In this document: positions 45,541 to 54,545 of the stretch, one piece after another
How positions within the stretch are numbered: position 1 is the first letter of the stretch
Layout of the letters: every line of letters begins with the position of its first letter
Assembly: GCA_002070375.1 (NCBI GenBank)
Contig: MWDD01000008.1
Location: 14,260 to 78,259 of the forward strand
Source: a bacterium ADurb.Bin157
Lineage (GTDB): Bacteria; Muiribacteriota; Ozemobacteria; Ozemobacterales; Ozemobacteraceae
Length of the DNA stretch: 64,000 bases
Direction: 5' to 3'
Made by a program: the position numbers and the translations under genes
The notes under the pieces: model-generated
What the model saw: the letters and a program-made list of their open reading frames with translations, nothing else
Databases searched by the model: none
Told to the model about the DNA's origin: nothing

Positions 45541-46533
45541 TTATTTTCGCTTTTTTCGCGGCTTTTCGGATTTATATTTGGCTGTAGTTTCGCAGACTCT
45601 GTTCTCGTTTGCCAGCAATTCAATCTGAGCAAGCGCCAGACCGGTGTATTTTTCGACTATCTCCGGCGACAATCCATCATTAAGCATTTTAAGTGCAACC
45701 TTTTTTGCTCTCAGAATATCGCCTTCTTCGCGACCTTCTTCGCGACCTTCTGCCCGACCTTTTAACATACCTTCTTCTATGCCTTCTTCGCGACCTTCTC
45801 TTCTTGCGGCGTCTAGGTCTGTTGCAAGATCGCTTAAAAACATATCTCTGGCGAAAAGTTCGTGTCGGGTTAATTCATCTGTGTTTGCGTTGCTCATGTT
45901 GCTTATCACCTCGCATATACCTTCTTCGCTTCTAAGTGCCTCCGGTAGATCATCTATACTTCGATAATAATTGCCAAACTTTAAAATATGCAGCCATTTT
46001 TCAAACTTGCTTCGCAGTTTTGTCGGTTTGTCGCCATCAAATTTCGACAGCTCAACAAAATGATATTCAAGCAAATCTGTCAGTACTCTGTTGGTTTTGT
46101 CATGTTTGATCAAGTATTTGTTATATATATCCGGGTCGGGAAGCACCGTTTCGCACATTATCCATAAGCAAAGAGTTTTATTCAGGTCTGTATATTTTTC
46201 ACCGCGTAACATTTCTCCGGAGTAGCTGACTGCCGAATAATAAAGCACTCTCTTTAATATTTCCGCGTGTGCTTTTACCTGAACTTCGACGCAGAAGACT
46301 TCGCCCCGTTTGTTCTTTGCTTTAACGTCTATCACCGATTGCTTACCGCCCTGAAAATCGGGCAGGTTAATCGGGTTCAGTATCTCCAGTTCTTTAATTT
46401 CCTGCTCGCCTCTGTATTTTAACAGGGCATTAAGCAACAAGGCCAAAAGCTTTTCGTTGCCTTTGCGCCCGAACACTATCTTAAACAACAAATCATTTGT
46501 CAGACCAAAATATTTATCGTATGCACTGTTCAT
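45541..46533 (-). CDS. Rpn family recombination-promoting nuclease / PD-(D/E)XK putative transposase (PDDEXK_2, T_den_put_tspse-like)
   Basis: N-terminus LTNDLLFKIVFG...LLALLLNALL, nuclease core SVIDVKAKNKRGEVFCVEVQV, and the characteristic C-terminal EGREEGIEEGMLKGRAEGREEGREEG repeats. Confidence 0.8.
   Translation of the reverse strand: MNSAYDKYFGLTNDLLFKIVFGRKGNEKLLALLLNALLKYRGEQEIKELEILNPINLPDFQGGKQSVIDVKAKNKRGEVFCVEVQVKAHAEILKRVLYYSAVSYSGEMLRGEKYTDLNKTLCLWIMCETVLPDPDIYNKYLIKHDKTNRVLTDLLEYHFVELSKFDGDKPTKLRSKFEKWLHILKFGNYYRSIDDLPEALRSEEGICEVISNMSNANTDELTRHELFARDMFLSDLATDLDAARREGREEGIEEGMLKGRAEGREEGREEGDILRAKKVALKMLNDGLSPEIVEKYTGLALAQIELLANENRVCETTAKYKSEKPRKKRK
45722..45757 (-). repeat. 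12-nt tandem repeat CCTTCTTCGCGA x3 (third copy degenerate), coding for the EGREEG repeats of the Rpn-like protein
   Basis: Read directly. A fourth copy is at 45782-45793. Confidence 0.7.
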
Positions 46534-46630
46534 TTTTCTTTACCAATCAATAGCAGATAGGATCCTCTTCGCTTTAATTCTAACATTTATTAGCGATGAT
46601 ATCAAAGCTATAAGAATCTTTTTCCGGCAA

Positions 46631-46665
46631 TGTAAAATGTAAATGAACTTACTTTTACATTTCAC
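46631..46665. repeat. M2 (TGTAAAATGTAAA), 7-nt spacer, then M1 (ACTTTTACATTTCAC)
   Basis: Located upstream of the Rpn-like gene start. The last base overlaps the TAG stop of the SYLF-domain gene. Confidence 0.75.
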
Positions 46666-47219
46666 TACTTAGACTTTGCTGCTTTATAGGTAAATTTTTG
46701 TCCGCTGACAGTGGCTTCGTACATAAGCCCACCCTTTGGAACTATCAAAACGATTGTTCCGTCTTTAAAGCCCACCGAACCGGCTACTCCGGCATTAGCA
46801 ATTACCGCAGACGCGTTAGCTCCCAATTCAGTTTTTCCCTGTTTAAATTTTTCTAAGACGCTGTCGTTTTGAAAAAAGATTATTTCACTGTAAACCTGCC
46901 CACCAAATTGAAATCCAACTGCAATTTGGCTCAAAGTAGAAGTGCCGATAAACTTTCCTTTTCTGTATACTCTGCCGTTTCCTGCGGCTCCGCCCAAGCC
47001 AAAACCTGCCTTACCCACAGAAGGAAAAACAGCCCATGCCACGGCTTCATCAAAAAGTTTATTATATTCCGCCGACATATCTTTTACCTTTTTAATTACC
47101 AGCTGAGCGTTTTCTTCGCCGCTTCTGCGATGATTAAGCTTTAGCCAGCCGGCCTCAGCACTCTGTTGAAAAAAGCAAAGCAAGAGAAAAAGAAAAAACA
47201 GTTTTCTTTTTATAATCAT
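46665..47219 (-). CDS. SYLF (Ysc84/DUF500) lipid-binding domain protein, secreted
   Basis: Signal peptide. ...AWAVFPSVGKAGFGLGGAAGNGRVY...GFQFGGQVYSEIIFFQN...GANASAVIANAG.... Confidence 0.8.
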   Translation of the reverse strand: MIIKRKLFFLFLLLCFFQQSAEAGWLKLNHRRSGEENAQLVIKKVKDMSAEYNKLFDEAVAWAVFPSVGKAGFGLGGAAGNGRVYRKGKFIGTSTLSQIAVGFQFGGQVYSEIIFFQNDSVLEKFKQGKTELGANASAVIANAGVAGSVGFKDGTIVLIVPKGGLMYEATVSGQKFTYKAAKSK

Positions 47220-47248
47220 AACAGCTCCTTAAAAAGAAGATAAAAAAA

Positions 47249-47322
47249 CGCACCCAAGAGGATTCGAACCTCTGGCCTTCTGCTCCGGAGGCAAACGCTC
47301 TATCCAGCTGAGCTATGGGTGC
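47249..47322 (-). tRNA. tRNA-Arg (anticodon CCG), CCA not encoded
   Basis: Folded by hand as GCACCCA-TA-GCTC-AGCTGGATA-GAGC-G-TTTGC-CTCCGGA-GCAGA-AGGCC-AGAGG-TTCGAAT-CCTCT-TGGGTGC-G. All four arms pair, the T-loop is TTCGAAT, and the anticodon loop is C-U-CCG-G-A. Confidence 0.93.
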
Positions 47323-47356
47323 TTTAGTGAGTGAAAGTTTAAAACTATTTGCTTGA

Positions 47357-48661
47357 TTAGTCAAGAAGCCTTGTCTGTATTTTTTCAGCCGCTATTTTCA
47401 GGGCTTCTGAAGCTTGTTTTTGGCCGCTCAAAATCGCTTCTATTTCAGGATTAACCATGTCTTCCATTAAACCGAAGTCTTTTACCACAGGGTTTGCACC
47501 GGCCAATTTCATTTGTTCCATAAAAATGCCCAAGTTTTTATCTTCAAACTTAACCAAATCATAAGCCCCCATATTAATGGGAATCTGATTCAGCTTTTGA
47601 CACCATTCTACCTGGTTTTGAGCGTTAGTAAAGAAAGTTAAAAAGCTGTATGAAAACTTAATTCTTTCGGTAAGTTTTTCAGGCTCATCACGATCTTTGA
47701 ATATTACAACGTCTGTTCCACCAACATTTGTCGAAGAACCATTCGGCCCCGCAGGAATCAGCCCTACTCCGAAGTCTAATTGAGCCCCCAGACCTGAAAA
47801 TCTGGCCAAGTTCCAGGGCCCCATGAATATCATCGCGTATTTGTTATTTACAAAACCTTGTTCCGGAGTAATTGCACCGGCGCGCCAAGCTCCGGCTTCA
47901 ATGCCTTCTTTATGCAGTTCGGCCATCATTTCAACGGCTTTTATTGCTTCTTCAGAGCCCAACTCGCATTTTTTGCCGTCTTCGGAAATTATACGTGCAC
48001 CGAAAGTGTTAAAAAATGGCAAGTTCCACCACAGCGTATTTGTCATGGCAAAAGCATACTGACCTTTTTCTTTATTAGTAAGCTTTGGCCCTATTTTTTT
48101 AAGGTCTTCCCAAGTTTTTGGTAAAACTTTAAGATATTCTTGAGGATCAGGCGCGGCATTTTTATCTATCAAACCGGCCTCTTTAAAGAGCGTGCGGTTG
48201 TAAAAAAAGGCCACACAGTTACTTTGATCAGGTAAACCATGATATTTACCGTCAACATAACAAGACTTAAGAGGGGCTTTTAAATATTGATCAGCAATTT
48301 TGTCGAAGCCCAATAACCCTAAATCTATAGCGGCATTTTTTCTTGCCAATTCGCAAACAAACGACCAGTCTACACGCGCCATATCAGGCCCTTGCCCAAC
48401 GGTCAGAGCAGTGCGGATTTTTTCTTTGTGTCCTTCGAATGGAATTCTGACAGGGCGTACTGTATATTTCGCGTTTTCAGGCAACGCTTCCCATTTTTTA
48501 ATTATACTGCGAAGAACCTGTTCTTCTTGGTCATTATATGTGTGCCAAAAAGTTAAGAACAGTCGGCCATCGGGAGACACTTTTACCGAGCTGTCCCAAC
48601 TTACGTAAACTAATGCGAGATAACCTATTAAAGCTATTATTAACCAGTGTTTTTCTTTCAT
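47357..48661 (-). CDS. Sugar ABC transporter substrate-binding protein (family 1 SBP)
   Basis: N-terminal anchor, size and composition are typical of MalE/UgpB-type SBPs. Adjacent to two MalFG-type permeases. Confidence 0.8.
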   Translation of the reverse strand: MKEKHWLIIALIGYLALVYVSWDSSVKVSPDGRLFLTFWHTYNDQEEQVLRSIIKKWEALPENAKYTVRPVRIPFEGHKEKIRTALTVGQGPDMARVDWSFVCELARKNAAIDLGLLGFDKIADQYLKAPLKSCYVDGKYHGLPDQSNCVAFFYNRTLFKEAGLIDKNAAPDPQEYLKVLPKTWEDLKKIGPKLTNKEKGQYAFAMTNTLWWNLPFFNTFGARIISEDGKKCELGSEEAIKAVEMMAELHKEGIEAGAWRAGAITPEQGFVNNKYAMIFMGPWNLARFSGLGAQLDFGVGLIPAGPNGSSTNVGGTDVVIFKDRDEPEKLTERIKFSYSFLTFFTNAQNQVEWCQKLNQIPINMGAYDLVKFEDKNLGIFMEQMKLAGANPVVKDFGLMEDMVNPEIEAILSGQKQASEALKIAAEKIQTRLLD

Positions 48662-48671
48662 TTTTATCCTC

Positions 48672-49829
48672 TTATTCTTTTACCGCACCCTGAGTCATGC
48701 CTTCTATAAAGTAACGCTGAGCAAAAAGGAACAACACGGCTACAGGAACGATTGAAAAACATGAAGCCGACATTATTAAACCGAGTTCAGAAACATATTG
48801 CCCTCTGAATAAGGCTAATCCTACCGGCAGGGTTATACTTAACGGATTTTCGAAATCTGTAACAATCAGCTGCCACAAGAAGTTCGACCAATTCGAAAGG
48901 AAAGTCAGCAAAAACAATGTAAGTATGATGGGTATAGATAAAGGTATAATTACAACCCTAAACACTTGCCATTCGCTCGCTCCATCGATTTGAGCCGCCT
49001 CAAGCAAAGAATCGGGTATGGTATCCATAAACTGCTTTAACATAAAAACGCCAAAAACCGAAGCCAAATGAGGTAAGAACATGGCCCATTTGGTTCCGAA
49101 CATACCCATTTTACAAATCATAAAGAATTGCGGTACCATGAACATCATTCCGGGAATCATCATTGTGGCCAAAAGGAAAACAAATATATTCTTTTTGTAA
49201 GGCAAAGGTTTTTTGGAAAAAACATAAGCCGCCATGGACGAGAAAAGTGTCACCAAAAACGCCGCTGTGGTAGAAACAAGAAGGCTGTTCAAGAAATAGG
49301 TTCCAAAGTTTTTCTTGTTTTCTACAGGATCAATTACACCCATTGCCTTTGATTCAGAGTCAATTTTTAATACTCTTCTGAAGTTATCGAGTGTGGGAGA
49401 ATTCGGAATTATATCAAACGGGTTTCCCTCGGCTAAGACAAGCTCTTGCCCCGAAGGTTTGAAGGCTGTGCAAAGCATCCAGAAGAAGGGAAAGAGAACC
49501 AATATTACGCCGGCCATAAGAACTTCGTATAAAAACATTCGGCGTAAAAAATCCCATCTCACTCTTTCGATTGAGCAGATATATTTTTTTACGATAAAGA
49601 ATGAAACCAATGCCGTTATTATTACAGATAAAGAGGCTATAAGGTTATCGGCCTTTGACATTATAGATGCAGCATTTTCGCTTCCGGCAAAACCTTCACC
49701 TGAAGAGAGAGCAGCAAAAACCATAATTCCATATTTTATTATCTGGCCACTTATGCCAAAAACCATAAATATCATTATTGCCATGAGGACCAAGAAAAGC
49801 AAGGTTCGACCTATAGTTTTGGGAGTCAT
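48672..49829 (-). CDS. Carbohydrate ABC transporter permease (MalG-like) with about 100-aa N-terminal membrane extension
   Basis: EAA-loop region LLEAAQIDGASEWQVFRVVIIPL. Confidence 0.85.
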   Translation of the reverse strand: MTPKTIGRTLLFLVLMAIMIFMVFGISGQIIKYGIMVFAALSSGEGFAGSENAASIMSKADNLIASLSVIITALVSFFIVKKYICSIERVRWDFLRRMFLYEVLMAGVILVLFPFFWMLCTAFKPSGQELVLAEGNPFDIIPNSPTLDNFRRVLKIDSESKAMGVIDPVENKKNFGTYFLNSLLVSTTAAFLVTLFSSMAAYVFSKKPLPYKKNIFVFLLATMMIPGMMFMVPQFFMICKMGMFGTKWAMFLPHLASVFGVFMLKQFMDTIPDSLLEAAQIDGASEWQVFRVVIIPLSIPIILTLFLLTFLSNWSNFLWQLIVTDFENPLSITLPVGLALFRGQYVSELGLIMSASCFSIVPVAVLFLFAQRYFIEGMTQGAVKE

Positions 49830-50794
49830 TTTCTTTTTCCTCCGTCATTATTCTTTTTTCCTGCAATTTTTTGCTGAACTCCTGTTATTACGAGAGTTAT
49901 AATGAGCAGCATGTAAGAAATTGCTGCCGCATAGCCGTAATTACCCGCATTAAACTGCTTAAATAAATAGTATCCGGCCACCGACGTTGAGCCGACTGTC
50001 TCACCGCCAACAACGAGCTGAGGGCCTCCTGCAGTCATGGCATATATTTCGGTAAAGGCATTTAAAGAGCCAATTAGTCCGGTAATAACCATAAAGCCAA
50101 GTATCGGGCGTAACAGAGGGATTGTTATAAGCCAAAACTTTTGCCACTCATTAGCTCCGTCAATATCTGCAGCCTCATAAACATCGCCGGGTATATTTTG
50201 AAGGGCGGCAAGCAAAAGAACCATTCCAAAGCCCGCGCCTTTCAAGGTCATTGCGATTATAACCGCAAGCAGGGCTGTGCTTGGATCGCCCAGAATTCCC
50301 GGTACATTGAAAAAGTGCTCTCCACCACCTGTTGCCCAAGTCCAGAGACGTGCGACAATACCAAATTTTGGAGCATAAATTAAGGTCCAGATAACCCCAA
50401 CAACTAACATATCGAGAACATTCGGCAAAAAGAATGCACTGCGAAAGAAACTTTTTCCGAATAACTTGTTATCCAGCAAAAGGGCAAGTGCCATTGAAAC
50501 GGTTATTCCAAGGGGAATGCTGATAGCAGCATACATAAACGTAACAAATAAAGACCACCAAAATTGAATATCTTTAAGAATTGTTCTGTAATTATCTAGG
50601 CCGACAAAATTTAAATTTGCCAAGCTGTAATCACTTGTTGTTCCAAAAAAACTTAGATAAAATGAATAGAAAATCGGAAAAATCAGAAAAACACCAAAAA
50701 ATAACATAAACGGCGATAAAAAGCCAAGTGCGACCGAGGTGTCTTTAGTTGTTTTAATGGCCAAGAGTCTGTCCTCCTCTACTAATCTGGACAA
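49826..50794 (-). CDS. Carbohydrate ABC transporter permease (MalF-like)
   Basis: EAA-loop VYEAADIDGANEWQKFWLITIPLLRP. Four-nt overlap with the downstream permease. Confidence 0.88.
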   Translation of the reverse strand: MSRLVEEDRLLAIKTTKDTSVALGFLSPFMLFFGVFLIFPIFYSFYLSFFGTTSDYSLANLNFVGLDNYRTILKDIQFWWSLFVTFMYAAISIPLGITVSMALALLLDNKLFGKSFFRSAFFLPNVLDMLVVGVIWTLIYAPKFGIVARLWTWATGGGEHFFNVPGILGDPSTALLAVIIAMTLKGAGFGMVLLLAALQNIPGDVYEAADIDGANEWQKFWLITIPLLRPILGFMVITGLIGSLNAFTEIYAMTAGGPQLVVGGETVGSTSVAGYYLFKQFNAGNYGYAAAISYMLLIITLVITGVQQKIAGKKNNDGGKRK

Positions 50795-50859
50795 TCGCTA
50801 AACTGAAATAATTCTATCACAGATTTCAATTATGTAAATATTAAAAAGTAAAGTTTGGT

Positions 50860-51390
50860 TCAGTATTCCACAACAAAACTCGGCAAACCCAATTCATTAA
50901 GCTTTTCTGACCTATAGTCTGCATCTGCTTCCGAATCGAAAGGGCCAACAAGAACACGATAAATTTCAAACTGCTCGTCCGGTGATTTAAGAACCGGCGA
51001 AAAGCTATTTTCAGTCAAAAAGCTCATTACTTGAAGCGCCGAAGCTTCATCTTCAAAAGCACCTAATTGAACATAATATTTGGCCTTATTCTTATAAACA
51101 ATTTCTAAAGAGGGAGTTTTTGGAACAAATACCTCTTCGGGATGCTGTATAGTTATTGGCAAAGCTTCTTCATGACTATTGTTGTAAGAGGTTTCTGAGG
51201 TAGGAGAATCTTTTTTAGTTACAATGCGGGAAGAAACAACTTTTTTATCAGCGACCAAACGAGCATCTAATAATAGCCATATTCCAAACCCGAGTATCAA
51301 AACTATTAAAAAGTAAACAACAAAATCTTTAAAAGCATCACCGCTCTTTTGAGGGGGGCCCCAGTCAAATTTTCTGTTATCATCTTTCAT
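50860..51390 (-). CDS. SPOR domain protein (septal peptidoglycan binding)
   Basis: TM anchor plus C-terminal YYVQLGAFEDEASALQVMSFL...YRVLVGPFDSEADADYRSEKL. Confidence 0.8.
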   Translation of the reverse strand: MKDDNRKFDWGPPQKSGDAFKDFVVYFLIVLILGFGIWLLLDARLVADKKVVSSRIVTKKDSPTSETSYNNSHEEALPITIQHPEEVFVPKTPSLEIVYKNKAKYYVQLGAFEDEASALQVMSFLTENSFSPVLKSPDEQFEIYRVLVGPFDSEADADYRSEKLNELGLPSFVVEY

Positions 51391-51410
51391 ACGGCATCCA
51401 ATTATTACAA

Positions 51411-51441
51411 AATCGCCTGCTATCTAGGATAGCAGGCGATT
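51411..51441 (-). terminator. Rho-independent terminator candidate after the HEAT-CheR gene
   Basis: Perfect 14-bp stem AATCGCCTGCTATC-TAG-GATAGCAGGCGATT. On the minus strand it is followed by UUGUAAUAAUU. It starts 11 nt after the stop codon. Confidence 0.6.
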
Positions 51442-51451
51442 AAAAGTATTA

Positions 51452-54400
51452 TTACATTTTTTTGTAAGCGACAACCTTGTCAAAAGACTGTAGCCTAAAA
51501 GCTTTTGTGACGTTATAAAGAGATTCTTTTCCGCTTATCAGCATAACCCCGCCGGGAACGAGAATATTATAAATATTATCGGCCATGCGTTCTTTTCCTT
51601 TTTGAGAGAAATCAGAGAAAAGATTGCGGCAAATTACTACATCATAACTTCCGAGCTGTTCCATTGCTTCGCTATTAACCGTGTTGGCAAATTTAAACTC
51701 TACGAGATTTTTTACGATGTCTTTAACTCTCAGATCACCGCGATCGTCTTCGAAATAGAGATCAAGATATTTTCGATCTATATTTCTAAACATTTCACGT
51801 TTGTAAATGCCACGTTTAGCTGTATTTAAGCAAATATGAGAAATATCGATACCGGTAAGAGTAACTTTTACTTTATCGGGATGCAGATCTTCAAGAACGC
51901 TCATTGCTATAGAATAAGCTTCAGGGCCAAACGAGCTGCCGCAACAAAGAACTTTAATTTCTTCAGCCCCTTCTTTTACCCTATTTTCGATAATCTCAGG
52001 CAAAACAGAATTTATAAGGACTCTTGTCTGCTGAAGTTCACCGAAAAATTCCGTAGCCGGGTTGGTTACCGAGTCATATAGACTGATTAACAAATCCGAG
52101 CCTTCTTCTGATCCATATCTCAGGCTGTGATAGTATTCTATCCATGTTGTGATAAAGAATCTGGCAAGATTTTTTCTGAGCTTAGTTTTAAGTATGTTTT
52201 TGTCAGAAATCTCAAGTCCGCATTTTTCGGCAATAATATTGCACAACAAAAGTGCTTCTTCGGTATTCAAGTCGCCCTCAGCCGGTTCTTCTTTAAGCTT
52301 GTCAATCAACCTGGCTTGTCTTGGTGATACAACAGACTTAAGAATCCCTTCTAAGAACTCCGACTTGTTCTGTGCAAAAGTTTTGATAAAATGGTTTCTG
52401 ATATTGGGACATGACAAGAAAATTTCTTTTATCTTCTTTTCGACGCCTTCAACATCGCGACTTCCGTTTTTGAAGTATTTAATCGCAGCTATAACGAGAT
52501 TTTCATCTTCGCTTTCAAAAGCTCTAAAAACTACCGAAGGAGCCAAATCTGATTCTATTGAAGCCATTGCTTCTATCGCACAGAATCTGACGGCATTATT
52601 CGGGTCTTTTTCAGCAATTTTAATTAAAGCCTCAACGCTATTTTGAGCTTTGAAATTACCTAGCGCCTTCACAATCTGATATCTGACTTCCCATTTGGGG
52701 TGATTTATGTGTTTTTCGAGATCAGAACCCAGTTGCTTGTCCCCAATTTCACTCAACGCAACAACAGCAAGCTTTGCAACCTGCGGGTTTTCATCTGCAA
52801 GAAGGGGTATAAAGAACTGTTTCAACTCTTTGCTGTTAAAAGCTCTTAAAGCTGATAATGCAGCTATTCTTATCTGCCAATCAGAATTTTTCAATAATTC
52901 TTTCAATGGGAAAATAGATTTTAAATCTTTTATGTTTTCGAGAGAATTGCACGAATTGACAATCACGCGCCACTCTTTATCATTAAGCTTTGAAATCAAA
53001 CTTTCAACCGCTCTTATTGAGCCGCATTGCCAAATCGTTTTAGATATGGTTTCACGAATTCTTGAATTATCGCTGTCAAGCATTTCAAGAAGTTTTCCGG
53101 TTATTTCCGGTTCTTTTCGCAAAGCTAAAACAGAGGCTGCCGCTTCTCTTACGTCTCCGTATGGTTCGGTGTTTACAACGTTAAACAGGGGCTCTATCAA
53201 CTGTTCTGACGAAGAGTTTTTCATAGCCAAACAAGCTTCTCGTCTAACGTGACCGTTAATATCTTTAAATTTGCGAATCAAAGCTGTTAATGCTCCGTCA
53301 AAAGAAAGCATTTTTGCCACCCCGGCAACTGCACTTCTTCTGATGTTTTCATCAGCATCATCAAGCAAATCTTTCAAAGCTCCGAAAGAGATCTCATTGG
53401 GATTGGCGCTCAAAGCCTTTGCCAAGGCAAGCCTAATACCATCATTTGTGCTTTTTGCAAATTTCACAATATTTTGCGGTATATCAGCGCCCGGGAACTT
53501 TTCGAAAAGATTCAAAATTCTTACAACCACATCGGCTTCAACTTTGTCAATAGTATCAAGAGCAACGGGTATAATCGGCTCTCCGATAGATTCTAAACCG
53601 CGCATAGCCACGCTGACTATTTCGTTGTCCGAGCATTGAATAGCATCAAAGAAGATATTTATGTAAGCAGCATCTTTTAATGAAGCGGCCACTTCAACAA
53701 CATATCGATATTCTGCGGAATCTTTGCTTTCGGCCAGTTCTGTTAAAACGGGGCGCAACGCACAAGCATCGAATCTGCTTATTGTTCCCGGGTTTGCGCC
53801 TTCAATTTGGGCAATAGATTTGATAATAAGTTTTCTTGTTCCCGAATCTTCTTCTTTAAGCAAACGTTCATATAAAGGGCTCATCGCCTCAGGCAGTTCA
53901 GTTGCCCCAAGAGCCCCTATAGACGTAAAATACTCAATGATATCACCGGAATCAAGTGCGCCCATAAGTATTTGCATTACATCGGGAACCCCAATATTGC
54001 CAAGAGCTTCAACAATAGAATATTTTAAAATTTCCGAGGTCTGATAAAGTTCTCCCAAAACAGGCACTGCTCTTGGATCTTGAAGTTTTCCGATTGACTC
54101 GACAGCAGTCGTCTTAACGTTATCATCAGGATGAGAAGTGTATTCAACAAGTGTATCTACGCACAAAGGAGATTTAATATCTCCGAGAATTACAAGAATT
54201 TGAATAATTTCATCAACGTCTTGAGAGGCTTTAATTGCATTTCTCAAACAATCAATAGCAGATACGCCGATTGCTCTTAAAACAGTCATGCCGGCGTTCC
54301 TGATATTTAAATCAGAACTTTTTATAACTTCAATTAAGTTAATTATTACGTTTTCGTGTATCATCCTCGAAAGAACATCGAGTGCAGTATTCTGGACACC

Positions 54401-54544
54401 CTTGTTCGCGTCTCCGAGTGCTTCACACAAAGATCTAACTATTTCTGTATTTCCGGGAAAGCTTTGCATTTCCCGAACGGCTTTTCTTCGTTCTGAAGGG
54501 CTGTCATTTTTTATGCGTTCAAGTAAAACTGCCGGGGTTGTCAT
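51452..54544 (-). CDS. HEAT-repeat array (about 750 aa) fused to a C-terminal CheR-type SAM-dependent protein methyltransferase
   Basis: More than 12 HEAT/PBS-lyase-like units (D..VR..A...L, e.g. DENIRRSAVAGVAKM, DWQIRIAALSALRAF, KWEVRYQIVKALGNF). C-terminal CheR motifs are TEFFGELQQ, KVLCCGSSFGPEAYSIAMSV, LTGIDIS...AKRGIY and YDVVICRNLFSDF...LVPGGVMLISGKESL. I prefer ATG at 54544 (track start 54571). Confidence 0.85.
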   Translation of the reverse strand: MTTPAVLLERIKNDSPSERRKAVREMQSFPGNTEIVRSLCEALGDANKGVQNTALDVLSRMIHENVIINLIEVIKSSDLNIRNAGMTVLRAIGVSAIDCLRNAIKASQDVDEIIQILVILGDIKSPLCVDTLVEYTSHPDDNVKTTAVESIGKLQDPRAVPVLGELYQTSEILKYSIVEALGNIGVPDVMQILMGALDSGDIIEYFTSIGALGATELPEAMSPLYERLLKEEDSGTRKLIIKSIAQIEGANPGTISRFDACALRPVLTELAESKDSAEYRYVVEVAASLKDAAYINIFFDAIQCSDNEIVSVAMRGLESIGEPIIPVALDTIDKVEADVVVRILNLFEKFPGADIPQNIVKFAKSTNDGIRLALAKALSANPNEISFGALKDLLDDADENIRRSAVAGVAKMLSFDGALTALIRKFKDINGHVRREACLAMKNSSSEQLIEPLFNVVNTEPYGDVREAAASVLALRKEPEITGKLLEMLDSDNSRIRETISKTIWQCGSIRAVESLISKLNDKEWRVIVNSCNSLENIKDLKSIFPLKELLKNSDWQIRIAALSALRAFNSKELKQFFIPLLADENPQVAKLAVVALSEIGDKQLGSDLEKHINHPKWEVRYQIVKALGNFKAQNSVEALIKIAEKDPNNAVRFCAIEAMASIESDLAPSVVFRAFESEDENLVIAAIKYFKNGSRDVEGVEKKIKEIFLSCPNIRNHFIKTFAQNKSEFLEGILKSVVSPRQARLIDKLKEEPAEGDLNTEEALLLCNIIAEKCGLEISDKNILKTKLRKNLARFFITTWIEYYHSLRYGSEEGSDLLISLYDSVTNPATEFFGELQQTRVLINSVLPEIIENRVKEGAEEIKVLCCGSSFGPEAYSIAMSVLEDLHPDKVKVTLTGIDISHICLNTAKRGIYKREMFRNIDRKYLDLYFEDDRGDLRVKDIVKNLVEFKFANTVNSEAMEQLGSYDVVICRNLFSDFSQKGKERMADNIYNILVPGGVMLISGKESLYNVTKAFRLQSFDKVVAYKKM

Positions 54545-54545
54545 A

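Noticed and set aside
45722-45800. 12-nt tandem repeat as a non-coding VNTR
   Set aside because: It lies inside the Rpn-like ORF and in frame encodes the family-typical EGREEG repeats. It is reported as a coding repeat only.
47155-47364. 69-aa minus-strand ORF in the track
   Set aside because: It is read straight through the tRNA-Arg(CCG) gene (47249-47322), whose cloverleaf folds perfectly. This is an ORF-caller artefact.
49635-49642. TTATCGGC (GCCGATAA on the minus strand) inside the sugar permease gene
   Set aside because: It is internal to a coding sequence and has no matching -35 at the proper spacing. This is a chance occurrence.
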